From: an uncultured Christensenellaceae bacterium | Lineage (GTDB): Bacteria > Bacillota > Clostridia > Christensenellales > UBA3700 | Direction of reading: 5' to 3' | Length of the DNA: 63,960 bases | Assembly (NCBI GenBank): GCA_944381355.1 | Contig: CALWKV010000052.1 | Location: 1-63,960, forward strand | Shown: piece by piece, positions 9,282-18,575 of the stretch | How positions within the stretch are numbered: the stretch's first letter is position 1 | Layout of the letters: each line of letters opens with the position of its first letter | Position numbers and translations under genes: made by a program | The notes under the pieces: generated by a model | What the model saw: only the letters and a program-made list of their open reading frames with translations | Told to the model about the DNA's origin: nothing | Databases searched by the model: none

Positions 9282-10310
9282 ATGAAAAGATTTTATTCAA
9301 TAATTGTAGCGGCGCTTGCCGTAGCGCTTGTAGCGGCGCTTGCCGTAGGTTTCGCCGCTTGCACCGATGACAATCCCGAGGTCGAAGGTTACACGATGGT
9401 CGTGCCCGACGGCGCGCCCGCGCTCGCGGCGGTCAACCTTATCGACGAGATCGATAAAAACGGCGCTTTCGCAAAACTCGGAAAAGTTGAGATAGTGCAA
9501 TCGTCCGCGATTGCAACGCGCGCTCTCGAAGCGGATTTCGCGGTTGTGCCCGCCAACCTTGCGGCTAATCTTTACAACAAGGGGCAGGATATAAAACTGC
9601 TTGCCACGGTCACTCAGGGCAACCTTTACGTTCTCGGCGTGAACAGCGAGGTCAAAGAACTTTCCGATCTCGTCGGCAAGAGAGTGTTTTCGATAGGACA
9701 GGGAAGCGTGCCCGACTATATCTTCCAGACCCTTCTCAAGAACGAGGGGATCGTTTACGAGCAGGGAGATGAAGCCGTCGCAGGCAAGGTCGTCATAACT
9801 TATGTCGAGGACGGAAGCGGCGTGATGAGTCAGCTCGTCGCGGCAAATAAGAGCGGCAAAGAAGCGATCGGTGTTATCGCAGAGCCTGCCGCAAGCAAGG
9901 CATTTGCCAACGCGGGAGCCGTCGAACTGTTCGATCTGCAACAGCTCTGGAAAGATTACACCGGCAGCGAAACGCTCGGATATCCGCAGGCGGTGCTTAT
10001 CGGCAAAGCGTCGGTGGTTGAAAACGATCCCGCTTTCGTAAGCCTTCTCATTGACAAAATGGCGGAAAACGGCACGTTTATCACAGAAAACAGCGACAAG
10101 GTCAGCGATATACTCGTCAAAGCCTATCCCTCGACCACTCTCAACACCGCGTTCAGCAAAGAGACGCTCGAGCGCTGCAATTGCAAACTGATAAAGATCG
10201 CCGACGCAAAGGACGATTACGTCTCAATGCTGGAAGCCATCGCGGCTATCAACGCGCAGGCTATCGGCGGAAAACTGCCCGACGAGGGTCTGTATTATAC
10301 CGCAGAATAA
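9282..10310 (+). CDS. ABC transporter substrate-binding lipoprotein, NMT1/THI5-like (NitT/TauT family)
   Basis: Signal peptide with lipobox GFAAC. About 340 aa periplasmic-binding-protein length. First gene of an SBP-permease-ATPase set. Confidence 0.75.
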   Translation: MKRFYSIIVAALAVALVAALAVGFAACTDDNPEVEGYTMVVPDGAPALAAVNLIDEIDKNGAFAKLGKVEIVQSSAIATRALEADFAVVPANLAANLYNKGQDIKLLATVTQGNLYVLGVNSEVKELSDLVGKRVFSIGQGSVPDYIFQTLLKNEGIVYEQGDEAVAGKVVITYVEDGSGVMSQLVAANKSGKEAIGVIAEPAASKAFANAGAVELFDLQQLWKDYTGSETLGYPQAVLIGKASVVENDPAFVSLLIDKMAENGTFITENSDKVSDILVKAYPSTTLNTAFSKETLERCNCKLIKIADAKDDYVSMLEAIAAINAQAIGGKLPDEGLYYTAE

Positions 10311-10328
10311 GGACGGATATCTTGCCCG

Positions 10329-11111
10329 ATGAACAAAAGAAAACTCTCTTTCGATAAAAAAACGGCTCTGACCTCGCTGGCGTATCCGCTGTTTTCGCTT
10401 GCCCTGATACTCGCGTTGTGGGCTGCGACCGCGGCATACGTCGGCAGCGATCTGCTGCTGCCGTCGATAGGGGAGACGTTTTCTCAGGCGGGCGTGCTGC
10501 TCTCGGAAAAAAAGACTTATGTGGACATAGCTGCGACTCTGCTGCGCGCGATCCGCGGGTTTGTGATCAGCTTTGCCGTCGCGCTGGGGCTTGCCGTCGC
10601 TTCTGCGTTTTTTAAAACGCTTGCGAAGATACTGTCGCCGATAATCGCCGTCATGCGTTCCACGCCGACGATGAGCGTGATATTGCTTTGCCTGCTGTGG
10701 ACAACCACTCAGACTACGCCCGTGCTCGTTACCGTGCTGATCATCTTTCCGCTTCTTTATACCTCGTTTTACACGGCGGTGACGGGCGTGGACAAAAAGC
10801 TCGTCGATATGGCTAAGGTCTACAAGGTGCCTTTCGTGACGAGGCTGATGAAGTTGTATATCCCGTCGGCGCTTCCCGAGGTGTTTTCCGCCGTGAGATC
10901 GACGCTGTCGCTGACCGTAAAACTCACAATCGCCGCAGAGGTGCTCGCTCAGACGAGAAACAGCATAGGCGTGGATATGCAGATCGCCAACCTCTATCTG
11001 GAGACGCCGACGCTTATTGCGTGGACGATAATCGCGATCGTCCTGGGCGCGCTGCTCGAACTCGCCGTATTCGGTCTCGGAAAACTGTGTATGAGGTGGA
11101 AAAATGCTTGA
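10329..11111 (+). CDS. ABC transporter permease (NitT/TauT family)
   Basis: 260 aa with about 6 TM segments. BPD-type EAA-like loop region (MAKVYKVPFVTRLMKLYIPSALPEVF). Confidence 0.85.
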   Translation: MNKRKLSFDKKTALTSLAYPLFSLALILALWAATAAYVGSDLLLPSIGETFSQAGVLLSEKKTYVDIAATLLRAIRGFVISFAVALGLAVASAFFKTLAKILSPIIAVMRSTPTMSVILLCLLWTTTQTTPVLVTVLIIFPLLYTSFYTAVTGVDKKLVDMAKVYKVPFVTRLMKLYIPSALPEVFSAVRSTLSLTVKLTIAAEVLAQTRNSIGVDMQIANLYLETPTLIAWTIIAIVLGALLELAVFGLGKLCMRWKNA

Positions 11112-11808
11112 AATACGCGATCTTACCGTAAAATACGGAGAAAAAACCGTGTTTGACAATTTTTCGCTGACGGTAGCGGACAGGGAAATACTCTGCGTGC
11201 TCGGCAAATCGGGTTGCGGCAAGACGACCCTTCTCAACGCCGTCGCGGGACTTTTGCCCTGCAAGGGCGCGATAAACGGCGCAGACAGCGTATCGTATAT
11301 GTTCCAGGAGGACAGACTCGTGCCGTCGCTGACCGCACTTGACAATATCACGTTCGCTATACCGCATCTGTATAAAGATAAAAAAGAAGCTGAAAAAAAG
11401 GCGAGAGAAGCGCTTGAAAAAGTCGGTATCGGCGACTGCGCGGACAGATATCCGCATACGCTCAGCGGAGGTCAGGCGGCAAGAGTGTCGCTAGCCCGTG
11501 CGTTTTGTTATCCATCGCGACTGCTTATCGCAGACGAACCGTTCAAGGGACTCGACATTGCGACCGCTGACGCTCTCGAAAGGTATTTTCTGGAGCTTTT
11601 CGACGTTTCGGGAAAAAGCGTCGTCATCGTCTCTCACAGCGTGGAAGAATGCGTAAGACTTGCAGACAGAGCTGTCGTGCTGGGAGGCTCGCCGTGCAAG
11701 GTGACGGAAGAAATAATCATTCCCCTCTCGAGGGAGGAGAGGAGAGGAGACGTAGCGTTCTGCGCAAGTGCGGCTGAAAAAATAAAGGCGGCTATAATTG
11801 CCTCCTGA
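11104..11808 (+). CDS. ABC transporter ATP-binding protein
   Basis: Walker A GKSGCGKTT, signature LSGGQAARVSLARA, Walker B LLIADEP, H-loop VSHS. Overlaps the permease stop by 8 nt. Confidence 0.9.
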   Translation: MLEIRDLTVKYGEKTVFDNFSLTVADREILCVLGKSGCGKTTLLNAVAGLLPCKGAINGADSVSYMFQEDRLVPSLTALDNITFAIPHLYKDKKEAEKKAREALEKVGIGDCADRYPHTLSGGQAARVSLARAFCYPSRLLIADEPFKGLDIATADALERYFLELFDVSGKSVVIVSHSVEECVRLADRAVVLGGSPCKVTEEIIIPLSREERRGDVAFCASAAEKIKAAIIAS

Positions 11809-11815
11809 AAACCGT

Positions 11816-11840
11816 TGCGCCCGTAAGGGGCGCATTTTTT
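11816..11840 (+). terminator. intrinsic terminator after the ABC operon
   Basis: TGCGCCC-GTAA-GGGGCGCA followed by T6. Confidence 0.7.
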
Positions 11841-11846
11841 ATCGGT

Positions 11847-12080
11847 TTAATTGTCTGCGCTTTCGGACAGTTTTGTCATCGCGGATATTATCTCGCTGTC
11901 ATCGGGGAGCTTTGTCTCTTTGGTCTCGCCGCGGGTGACGGCGCCTGCGTTTTTTTTGCCCGCATTCATAAGAAAAGGGATAAGCGACGAAACGTCTCCG
12001 CCCGCAAGCGCGGAGAAAAGATTCGTCTTGTCCTGCGACGTGCCGCCTGTAAGGATTTTTAAAAGATCTCTCGTATCCAT
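11847..12080 (-). CDS. hypothetical small protein (77 aa)
   Basis: Open frame with plausible composition. No recognisable SD and no recognised motif. Confidence 0.35.
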   Translation of the reverse strand: MDTRDLLKILTGGTSQDKTNLFSALAGGDVSSLIPFLMNAGKKNAGAVTRGETKETKLPDDSEIISAMTKLSESADN

Positions 12081-12205
12081 ATTTACATATTATGCCCGAC
12101 GGAGCGCCGACGATACGCAAAATCCCACATTGACTGTATTTTGTTTTTTCCCGGATACGTCACGTTTTTTTTCTTTGCGTCATATATGATACGAGGAGGC
12201 GAAAC

Positions 12206-12490
12206 ATGAAAAAAAAGAACGGTAATTTTTACGGATACGGCAGCGATATCCAAAGTCGGGAAAACGACGCGACGAGTGAGGACAACTTGCGCCGCGCTGT
12301 GGATTCGTACTCGGGGATGAGTGAGGACGCGCTCCTCGACGAACTGTTTGCCCAAGCGTCCGTCGCAAGGCGCAGAGGAGAGCTGGACGACGCAAAACTC
12401 GATCTGTTTTACAATTCGGTAAAGTCGTCCCTGTCTCCCGCGCAACTTAAAAAACTCGACGTGCTGATGCGCGCGCTTAAGTCAAAATAA
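12206..12490 (+). CDS. hypothetical small protein (94 aa)
   Basis: GAGGAGG RBS 6 nt upstream of the ATG. Hydrophilic helical composition. No recognised family. Confidence 0.5.
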   Translation: MKKKNGNFYGYGSDIQSRENDATSEDNLRRAVDSYSGMSEDALLDELFAQASVARRRGELDDAKLDLFYNSVKSSLSPAQLKKLDVLMRALKSK

Positions 12491-12503
12491 AAGCGCATAA
12501 CAA

Positions 12504-13646
12504 TCACGGGCAGGAAAATCTGCAAAATTTTTCTATTACTTCTAGCGTGCGTGAAACGTGATAGGAATTGTTGTTGTAACCCAATGATATCCTGACTGTC
12601 CCCCTGTTTTCCGTGCCGAGGAATTTATGGGCGAGAGGCGCGCAGTGCAGACCGCTTCTGACGGCAACGTCGTTGTCGTTGAGGTAGTCTGCTACGTCTG
12701 TGGAATCGACTTCGCGCACGTTGAACGATATGACGCCCGACAATGTTTTTGTGTAGATCTCTACGCACGGTATCTTGCTGAGACCGTAAAGCGTCTGCGA
12801 AGAAAGGTAGGCGATATGACGGTTTATCCTTTCAAAATTTTCGTAAGTCCATTTTGCCGCCGCGCCCAGCCCTATAATGCCTGCGGTATTCATCGTGCCG
12901 CTTTCAAGACCCTCGGGCGCGTCCTCAGGTTGTATCAGGCTGTTGCTCGAAGTGCCCGTGCCGCCGAAGCGTATCGGGCGCAGTTTTATGTCGTCGGAAA
13001 ATATAAGAAAACCCGTGCCCTGACTGCCGTGCAGTCCTTTGTGTCCCGCTCCTGCCAACATAGAGATATTGCATTTTTTCATATCCGCCCGCAGATGTCC
13101 GAGTGATTGCGCGCCGTCTACGAGGAAGGGTATGTTCCTTGACTTCGCGAACGCGCCGATGCCTTCGATTTCTGCGGTCGCGCCGTTGACGTTGGATACG
13201 TGATTGACCACGATGAGTCTGGTATCGTCGTCGGTCGCCGCGGCAATGTCGCTTGCGGTTATGCTTTGCGACGGATCGGACGGGGAGACGTAGCGTATGC
13301 CGTCTATCGCATCGGTCTGCAGAAGTCTGTTGAGCGGGCGTAGCACCGAGTTGTGCTCGAATACGGTCGTAACGACGTTGCCGCCTTTTTTGTCGGAAAG
13401 ATAACCGAATATCGCGAGGTTGAGCGCTTCGGTGCAGCCGCTCGTGAACACGAGTTCATAGCCGTCTCCTGCGCCCGTCAGAGCTTTAAGCGCCGCGCGT
13501 GTGTCGTTGATCTTGATCGCGCAGTCGAGGCTGTCGTTGTGACCGCCGCGCCCCGGGTTGGCGCTGTCGCCCAGTTGGCAGAACATTGCGTCGAACATAC
13601 ATTTAGGTTTGAATTTGCTGGTTGCCGCGTTGTCGAGATATATCAT
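12504..13646 (-). CDS. cysteine desulfurase family / class V aminotransferase
   Basis: MIYLDNAATS start, TSGCTEALN, PLP-lysine context GAGHKGLHG, C-terminal SGLHCAP. Confidence 0.85.
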   Translation of the reverse strand: MIYLDNAATSKFKPKCMFDAMFCQLGDSANPGRGGHNDSLDCAIKINDTRAALKALTGAGDGYELVFTSGCTEALNLAIFGYLSDKKGGNVVTTVFEHNSVLRPLNRLLQTDAIDGIRYVSPSDPSQSITASDIAAATDDDTRLIVVNHVSNVNGATAEIEGIGAFAKSRNIPFLVDGAQSLGHLRADMKKCNISMLAGAGHKGLHGSQGTGFLIFSDDIKLRPIRFGGTGTSSNSLIQPEDAPEGLESGTMNTAGIIGLGAAAKWTYENFERINRHIAYLSSQTLYGLSKIPCVEIYTKTLSGVISFNVREVDSTDVADYLNDNDVAVRSGLHCAPLAHKFLGTENRGTVRISLGYNNNSYHVSRTLEVIEKFCRFSCP

Positions 13647-13725
13647 TTTTCACCTCACGTTTAGTCGGATAAGACAATATATTGTATTAGGAGCGGACTA
13701 CATTTTATTACAAAGGAGAAGCCTT

Positions 13726-13959
13726 ATGAACGATATTATAGTCGTCTTCCGCTCCCGCAGCGACGCCCTTTCGTTCAATTCGCGTCTCAGATCGTACGGA
13801 GTGTCGGGAAAGGTGGTCAACACGCCCCGAGCGCTGTCGCTGAGTTGCGGTCTGAGCGTACGCGTGGGCGGCTTTGCGAGAAGCGTCGCCACGGCTCTTT
13901 GTCCGCGCGACGCTGCGATATACGAGATCCGCAGCGACGGATACACAAAAATCGGGTGA
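13726..13959 (+). CDS. DUF3343-like putative sulfur/selenium carrier protein
   Basis: 77 aa. IVVFRS..DAL......R..G..GKVV.TPR.LS.SCGLSV matches the DUF3343 pattern. AAGGAGA RBS. Divergent from the cysteine desulfurase gene. Confidence 0.6.
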   Translation: MNDIIVVFRSRSDALSFNSRLRSYGVSGKVVNTPRALSLSCGLSVRVGGFARSVATALCPRDAAIYEIRSDGYTKIG

Positions 13960-14164
13960 GGGAAACCTTGCCCTTTCTGTCGTTAAAAAATGCGTGTTTA
14001 TAAGAAGCGACCGCGTAGAGAAAAGCGCTTTGCCGCGATACGGGGCAAAATTGAAGTGTATAAAGCGTATAAGTTGTATAATTATTGTAAATTTCTTTAC
14101 AATGCGCGCATAGTTATGTATAATAAAATAAAAAATTATCAAGGAGACCCTTTTGAGGGTAAAT

Positions 14165-15433
14165 ATGGAAATACCGTTACTAATAGCAATCATCGTTCTC
14201 ATAATGCTGTCTGCGTTCTTTTCTGCTACGGAGACGGCGTTTTCTTCGCTTAACAAGATAAAGATGAAGAATGCCGCTGCCGACGGCGATAAACGCGCGG
14301 CAAAAGTCATGAAGCTGGAGGGTAACTTCGACCGTTTTATTTCGACGATACTCATCGGCAACAACATAGTCAATATTACGGCAACCACGCTCGCGACGAT
14401 TCTGTTCGGTATGCTGATTAAAAATTCCAGCGTCGCCAACACCGTGTCGACCGTGGTAATGACGGTAGGGGTGCTTATCTTCGGCGAGATTTCTCCCAAA
14501 ACGATAGCCAAGAAAAGCCCCGAATATTTTGCCTTGGCAACAGTGTCGCTCGTGCAGGTAATATGCTATATCCTGTTCCCGCTGACCTGGCTGTTCGGTA
14601 TGTGGCAGAAGCTGATCAACAAGATATTCAAGAAAAAGAGCAATGAAAACATCACCGACGACGAACTGATCACGATAGTCGACGAGGCGCAGACGGGAGG
14701 CAACATCGACGAGTACGAGGGAGAACTCATTCGTTCTGCGATAGAATTCGACGATCTGACCGTGATAGACATTCTCACCCCGAGAGTAGACGTCAAGGCG
14801 GTGAAGCAGGGCACGGATATGCATACCGTGATCCGCATCTTCAAAGAGACGGGCTTCAGCCGTCTGCCCGTATACAAAGACACGATCGACAACATCGTCG
14901 GCGTGCTCAACGAAAAGGACTTTTACAACGCCTATTTCAGCGGAGCCAAGTCGATCAACGCAGTCGTGTCGAGCAATATCATCTACGCGACCCCGTTTGA
15001 GAAGATATCCATCCTGCTCAGAAAGTTGCAGAAAGCGAAAACGCATATCGCGATAGTCGTCGACGAGTTCGGCGGTACGCTGGGCATAGTGACGCTCGAG
15101 GACATTCTCGAAGAACTGGTGGGCGACATCTGGGACGAACACGACAGAGTGGTCGAATCGTTCAGAAAGGTGGAAGAAAACAAATATATCGTCGCGGGAG
15201 ACGTCAATCTGATCGACTTTTTCGATTATTTCGAGATAAAGGACGACGCAGAGGAGTACGACGCGACCGTTCTTTCGGGTTTTGTGGTAATGAAGCTGGG
15301 TCAGGTGCCGCAGGTCGGCGACTCGATAGAGTTTGAAAATCTGACCATAACCGTCAAAAAGACGGAGCATATGAAAATATCCGAGTGCGAAGTCGTCGTG
15401 TCTCCGCGCGAGGAAAAAGAAGACGAGGAATAA
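14165..15433 (+). CDS. hemolysin-family / CNNM (DUF21)-CBS-CorC_HlyC domain membrane protein
   Basis: N-terminal DUF21 with SATETAFSSLN and FGEISPKTIA, a CBS pair, and a C-terminal CorC/HlyC transporter-associated domain. Confidence 0.85.
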   Translation: MEIPLLIAIIVLIMLSAFFSATETAFSSLNKIKMKNAAADGDKRAAKVMKLEGNFDRFISTILIGNNIVNITATTLATILFGMLIKNSSVANTVSTVVMTVGVLIFGEISPKTIAKKSPEYFALATVSLVQVICYILFPLTWLFGMWQKLINKIFKKKSNENITDDELITIVDEAQTGGNIDEYEGELIRSAIEFDDLTVIDILTPRVDVKAVKQGTDMHTVIRIFKETGFSRLPVYKDTIDNIVGVLNEKDFYNAYFSGAKSINAVVSSNIIYATPFEKISILLRKLQKAKTHIAIVVDEFGGTLGIVTLEDILEELVGDIWDEHDRVVESFRKVEENKYIVAGDVNLIDFFDYFEIKDDAEEYDATVLSGFVVMKLGQVPQVGDSIEFENLTITVKKTEHMKISECEVVVSPREEKEDEE

Positions 15434-15458
15434 TTTTTTTCCGAAAACGGAGGATAAA

Positions 15459-18400
15459 ATGTATAAACAAGTAAGCTCGAGTCTCGATTTCTGTTCGAGA
15501 GAAAAAGAGGTGCTCGAATTCTGGAAGGAAAATTCAATCTTTGAAAAGAGCGTGAAACAAAGCGAGGGCAGACCCTCGTTCTCGTTCTACGACGGACCCC
15601 CGACCGCCAACGGCAAGCCGCACATCGGTCACATTCTGACGCGCGTCATGAAAGACATCATACCGCGTTACAAGACGATGAAGGGCTATCATGTGCTGCG
15701 CAAGGCGGGCTGGGATACTCACGGCCTCCCCGTAGAGCTTGAGGTCGAAAAGACCCTCAACATGGACGGCAAACAGGATATCGAAAAGTACGGTATCGAG
15801 CCTTTTATTCAGAAGTGCAAAGAGAGCGTCTGGAAGTACAAGGGCGAGTGGGAGAGAATGTCGGAGCGCGTCGGTTACTGGGTGGATATGGAGCACCCGT
15901 ACATCACGTATGACGACAACTATATCGAGTCCGAGTGGTGGGCGCTCAAGAAGATCGCAGAAGCGGGGCTGCTTTACAAGGGACACAAAATCGTTCCTTA
16001 CTGCCCGCGTTGCGGCACGGCGCTTTCTTCTCACGAAGTGGCGCAGGGCTACAAGACCGTAAAGGAAAAATCCATTTTCGTAAAGTTCAAGATCAAGAAC
16101 TCCGACGGCTACTTCCTCGCCTGGACTACGACTCCCTGGACGCTCCCGTCTAACGTCGCGCTGTGCATGAACCCCGACGAGGATTATGTGAAGATCAAGG
16201 CGGAGGACGGAGAGATCTACGTGCTCGCGGCGGCTCTCGCTCCCTCTCTGTTCGAGAACTACGAAGTGCTTGAGACTAAGAAGGGCAAAGAATACGAAAG
16301 GGAGGAGTATATCCCGCTTTTCGATTTCTACAAGGGCGACAAAAAGGCGTTTTACGTGACCTGCGACAGTTACGTCACTCTGACGGACGGCAGCGGCGTG
16401 GTTCACATCGCGCCCGCATTCGGCGAGGACGACGCGGGCGTCGGCAGAAATTACGGTCTGCCTTTCGTGCAGATGGTCGACGACAGAGGCAAGTTCACCA
16501 AGGAGACGGGTGACCTCGAAGGCATTTTCGTCAAGGACGGAGACAAACTCGTCATCGACAAACTCAAGGAAAAAGGTCTCTTGTTCAAAGAGCTTATGTT
16601 CGAGCACAGCTATCCCTATTGCTGGAGATGCGATACGCCGCTCCTGTACTACGCGAGAAGCAGCTGGTTCATCAAGATGACCGAAGTCAGAGACAGACTT
16701 CTCAAAAACAACGCTACGATCAACTGGATGCCCCCGACTATCGGTACGGGCAGAATGGGCAACTTCCTCGAGAACGTCATCGACTGGGGCGTTTCCAGAG
16801 AGAGATACTGGGGCACTCCGCTCCCGATCTGGATATGTCAGGACTGCGGCGAAATGCACGTCGTAGGAAGCAAGGCGGAACTCAAAGAGCTTGCCGGCAT
16901 CGAAGGGGATATCGAACTGCATAAACCCTACCTCGACCCGATCACGTTCAAGTGCCCGAAATGCGGCGGCACGATGAAGCGTACGCCCGAGGTCATGGAC
17001 TGCTGGTACGACAGCGGCAGCATGCCGTTCGCGCAGTGGCATTATCCGTTCGAGAACAAGGAGATATTCGACAGCCAGTTCCCCGCAGACTTCATATCCG
17101 AGGCGGTCGACCAGACAAGAGGCTGGTTCTATACGCTGCTTGCGGTCTCCACGCTCATATTCGACCGCGCGCCGTTCAAAAACTGCATAGTCCTCGGACA
17201 CGTCAATGACAAGAACGGTATAAAGATGTCAAAACACAAGGGCAACGTCGTCGATCCGTGGAGCGTGCTCGACAAACAGGGCGCAGACGCGGTCAGATGG
17301 TATTTCTACAGTTCTTCGGCGCCGTGGCTCCCGTCGCGTTTCAGCGCGGAGAACGTCTCCGAGGCTCAGCGCAAGTTCATGGGCACGCTGTGGAACACAT
17401 ATTCTTTCTTCGTCCTCTACGCGGAGATAGACAAGTACGACCCGCGCAAGTACGATCTTAAGAAATGCAAACTTTCGCAGATCGACAGATGGGCGCTTTC
17501 CAACCTCAATACGCTCGTCGCGACCGTGGACGAAAACCTCGAAAAGTACAAGATCACAGAGTCCGCAAGGGCGATCGAGGAGTTTACCGACAACCTGTCC
17601 AACTGGTACGTAAGAAGAAGCCGCGAGCGCTTCTGGGGCAGCGATATGACCGATGACAAGGCGGCGGCTTATACGACGCTTTACCACATACTCGTCACGA
17701 TGAGTAAGGTGCTGGCGCCGTTTGTGCCCTTTATGTCCGAGTGCATTTATCAGAACCTCGTGCGCACGTTCTACGAGGACGCGCCGGAAAGCGTACACCT
17801 TTGTACTTTCCCCGAGGCGGACAAGAGCGCTATCGACAAAGAACTCGAATCCGACATGGATATCGTTCTGCATGCCGTTGCGCTGGGCAGGGCGTGCCGC
17901 AATAAGGTCAATATCAAGAACAGACAGCCGCTTTCCGGACTGTTCGTTCTCACCGAAAAACAGCTTGCGGACAAGTCTGTAGTGTCCTATATCGCCGACG
18001 AGATCAACGTCAAGGAAGTCGTGCCGGAAAAGGACAGCAGTAAGTTTATCACCTACGAACTCAAGCCGCAGCTCAAGACCCTCGGTCCCAAGTACGGCAA
18101 GCACCTGAATGCGATCAGACAGTATCTCGCGTCTTGCGACAACGCAGTCGAGATCGTAGACCGCGTAAGAGCAGGCAAGATATATTCGTTCGAGGCAGAC
18201 GGCACGACGATCGAACTTGCCGAAGAAGATTTGCTGATCAACCCCGTCAACAAGAGCGGTTACAGCGTCGAGAGCGAGAACGGCATGACCGTCGTCATAG
18301 ACACGACCCTGACCCCCGCGCTTGTGGACGAAGGTATCGCGAGAGAACTCGTCTCCAAACTTCAGACGATGAGAAAAGAGGCGGGCTTTGAAGTGACCGA

Positions 18401-18575
18401 CCACATCGTAGTCGGTTACGTCGCGGACGGTGACAGCGCGAGAGTGCTCGCAAGCGACAAGGGCATACAGTCCGACGTGCTCTGCGACGAACTCGTGACG
18501 GGTCTGTTCGACGGATATACCAAAGAGTGGGATATCAACGGCGAAAAGGTCTCCCTCGTCGTCAAAAAGGCGTAA
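15459..18575 (+). CDS. ileS: isoleucine--tRNA ligase (long, type 2-like)
   Basis: 1038 aa. HIGH motif (GKPHIGHIL), KMSKS motif (IKMSKHKGN), and CP1 editing domain region. Confidence 0.95.
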   Translation: MYKQVSSSLDFCSREKEVLEFWKENSIFEKSVKQSEGRPSFSFYDGPPTANGKPHIGHILTRVMKDIIPRYKTMKGYHVLRKAGWDTHGLPVELEVEKTLNMDGKQDIEKYGIEPFIQKCKESVWKYKGEWERMSERVGYWVDMEHPYITYDDNYIESEWWALKKIAEAGLLYKGHKIVPYCPRCGTALSSHEVAQGYKTVKEKSIFVKFKIKNSDGYFLAWTTTPWTLPSNVALCMNPDEDYVKIKAEDGEIYVLAAALAPSLFENYEVLETKKGKEYEREEYIPLFDFYKGDKKAFYVTCDSYVTLTDGSGVVHIAPAFGEDDAGVGRNYGLPFVQMVDDRGKFTKETGDLEGIFVKDGDKLVIDKLKEKGLLFKELMFEHSYPYCWRCDTPLLYYARSSWFIKMTEVRDRLLKNNATINWMPPTIGTGRMGNFLENVIDWGVSRERYWGTPLPIWICQDCGEMHVVGSKAELKELAGIEGDIELHKPYLDPITFKCPKCGGTMKRTPEVMDCWYDSGSMPFAQWHYPFENKEIFDSQFPADFISEAVDQTRGWFYTLLAVSTLIFDRAPFKNCIVLGHVNDKNGIKMSKHKGNVVDPWSVLDKQGADAVRWYFYSSSAPWLPSRFSAENVSEAQRKFMGTLWNTYSFFVLYAEIDKYDPRKYDLKKCKLSQIDRWALSNLNTLVATVDENLEKYKITESARAIEEFTDNLSNWYVRRSRERFWGSDMTDDKAAAYTTLYHILVTMSKVLAPFVPFMSECIYQNLVRTFYEDAPESVHLCTFPEADKSAIDKELESDMDIVLHAVALGRACRNKVNIKNRQPLSGLFVLTEKQLADKSVVSYIADEINVKEVVPEKDSSKFITYELKPQLKTLGPKYGKHLNAIRQYLASCDNAVEIVDRVRAGKIYSFEADGTTIELAEEDLLINPVNKSGYSVESENGMTVVIDTTLTPALVDEGIARELVSKLQTMRKEAGFEVTDHIVVGYVADGDSARVLASDKGIQSDVLCDELVTGLFDGYTKEWDINGEKVSLVVKKA

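Noticed and set aside
15434-15458. T-box leader upstream of ileS
   Set aside because: Only 25 nt separate ileS from the upstream gene, which leaves no room for a T-box. ileS appears to be co-transcribed with the upstream gene.
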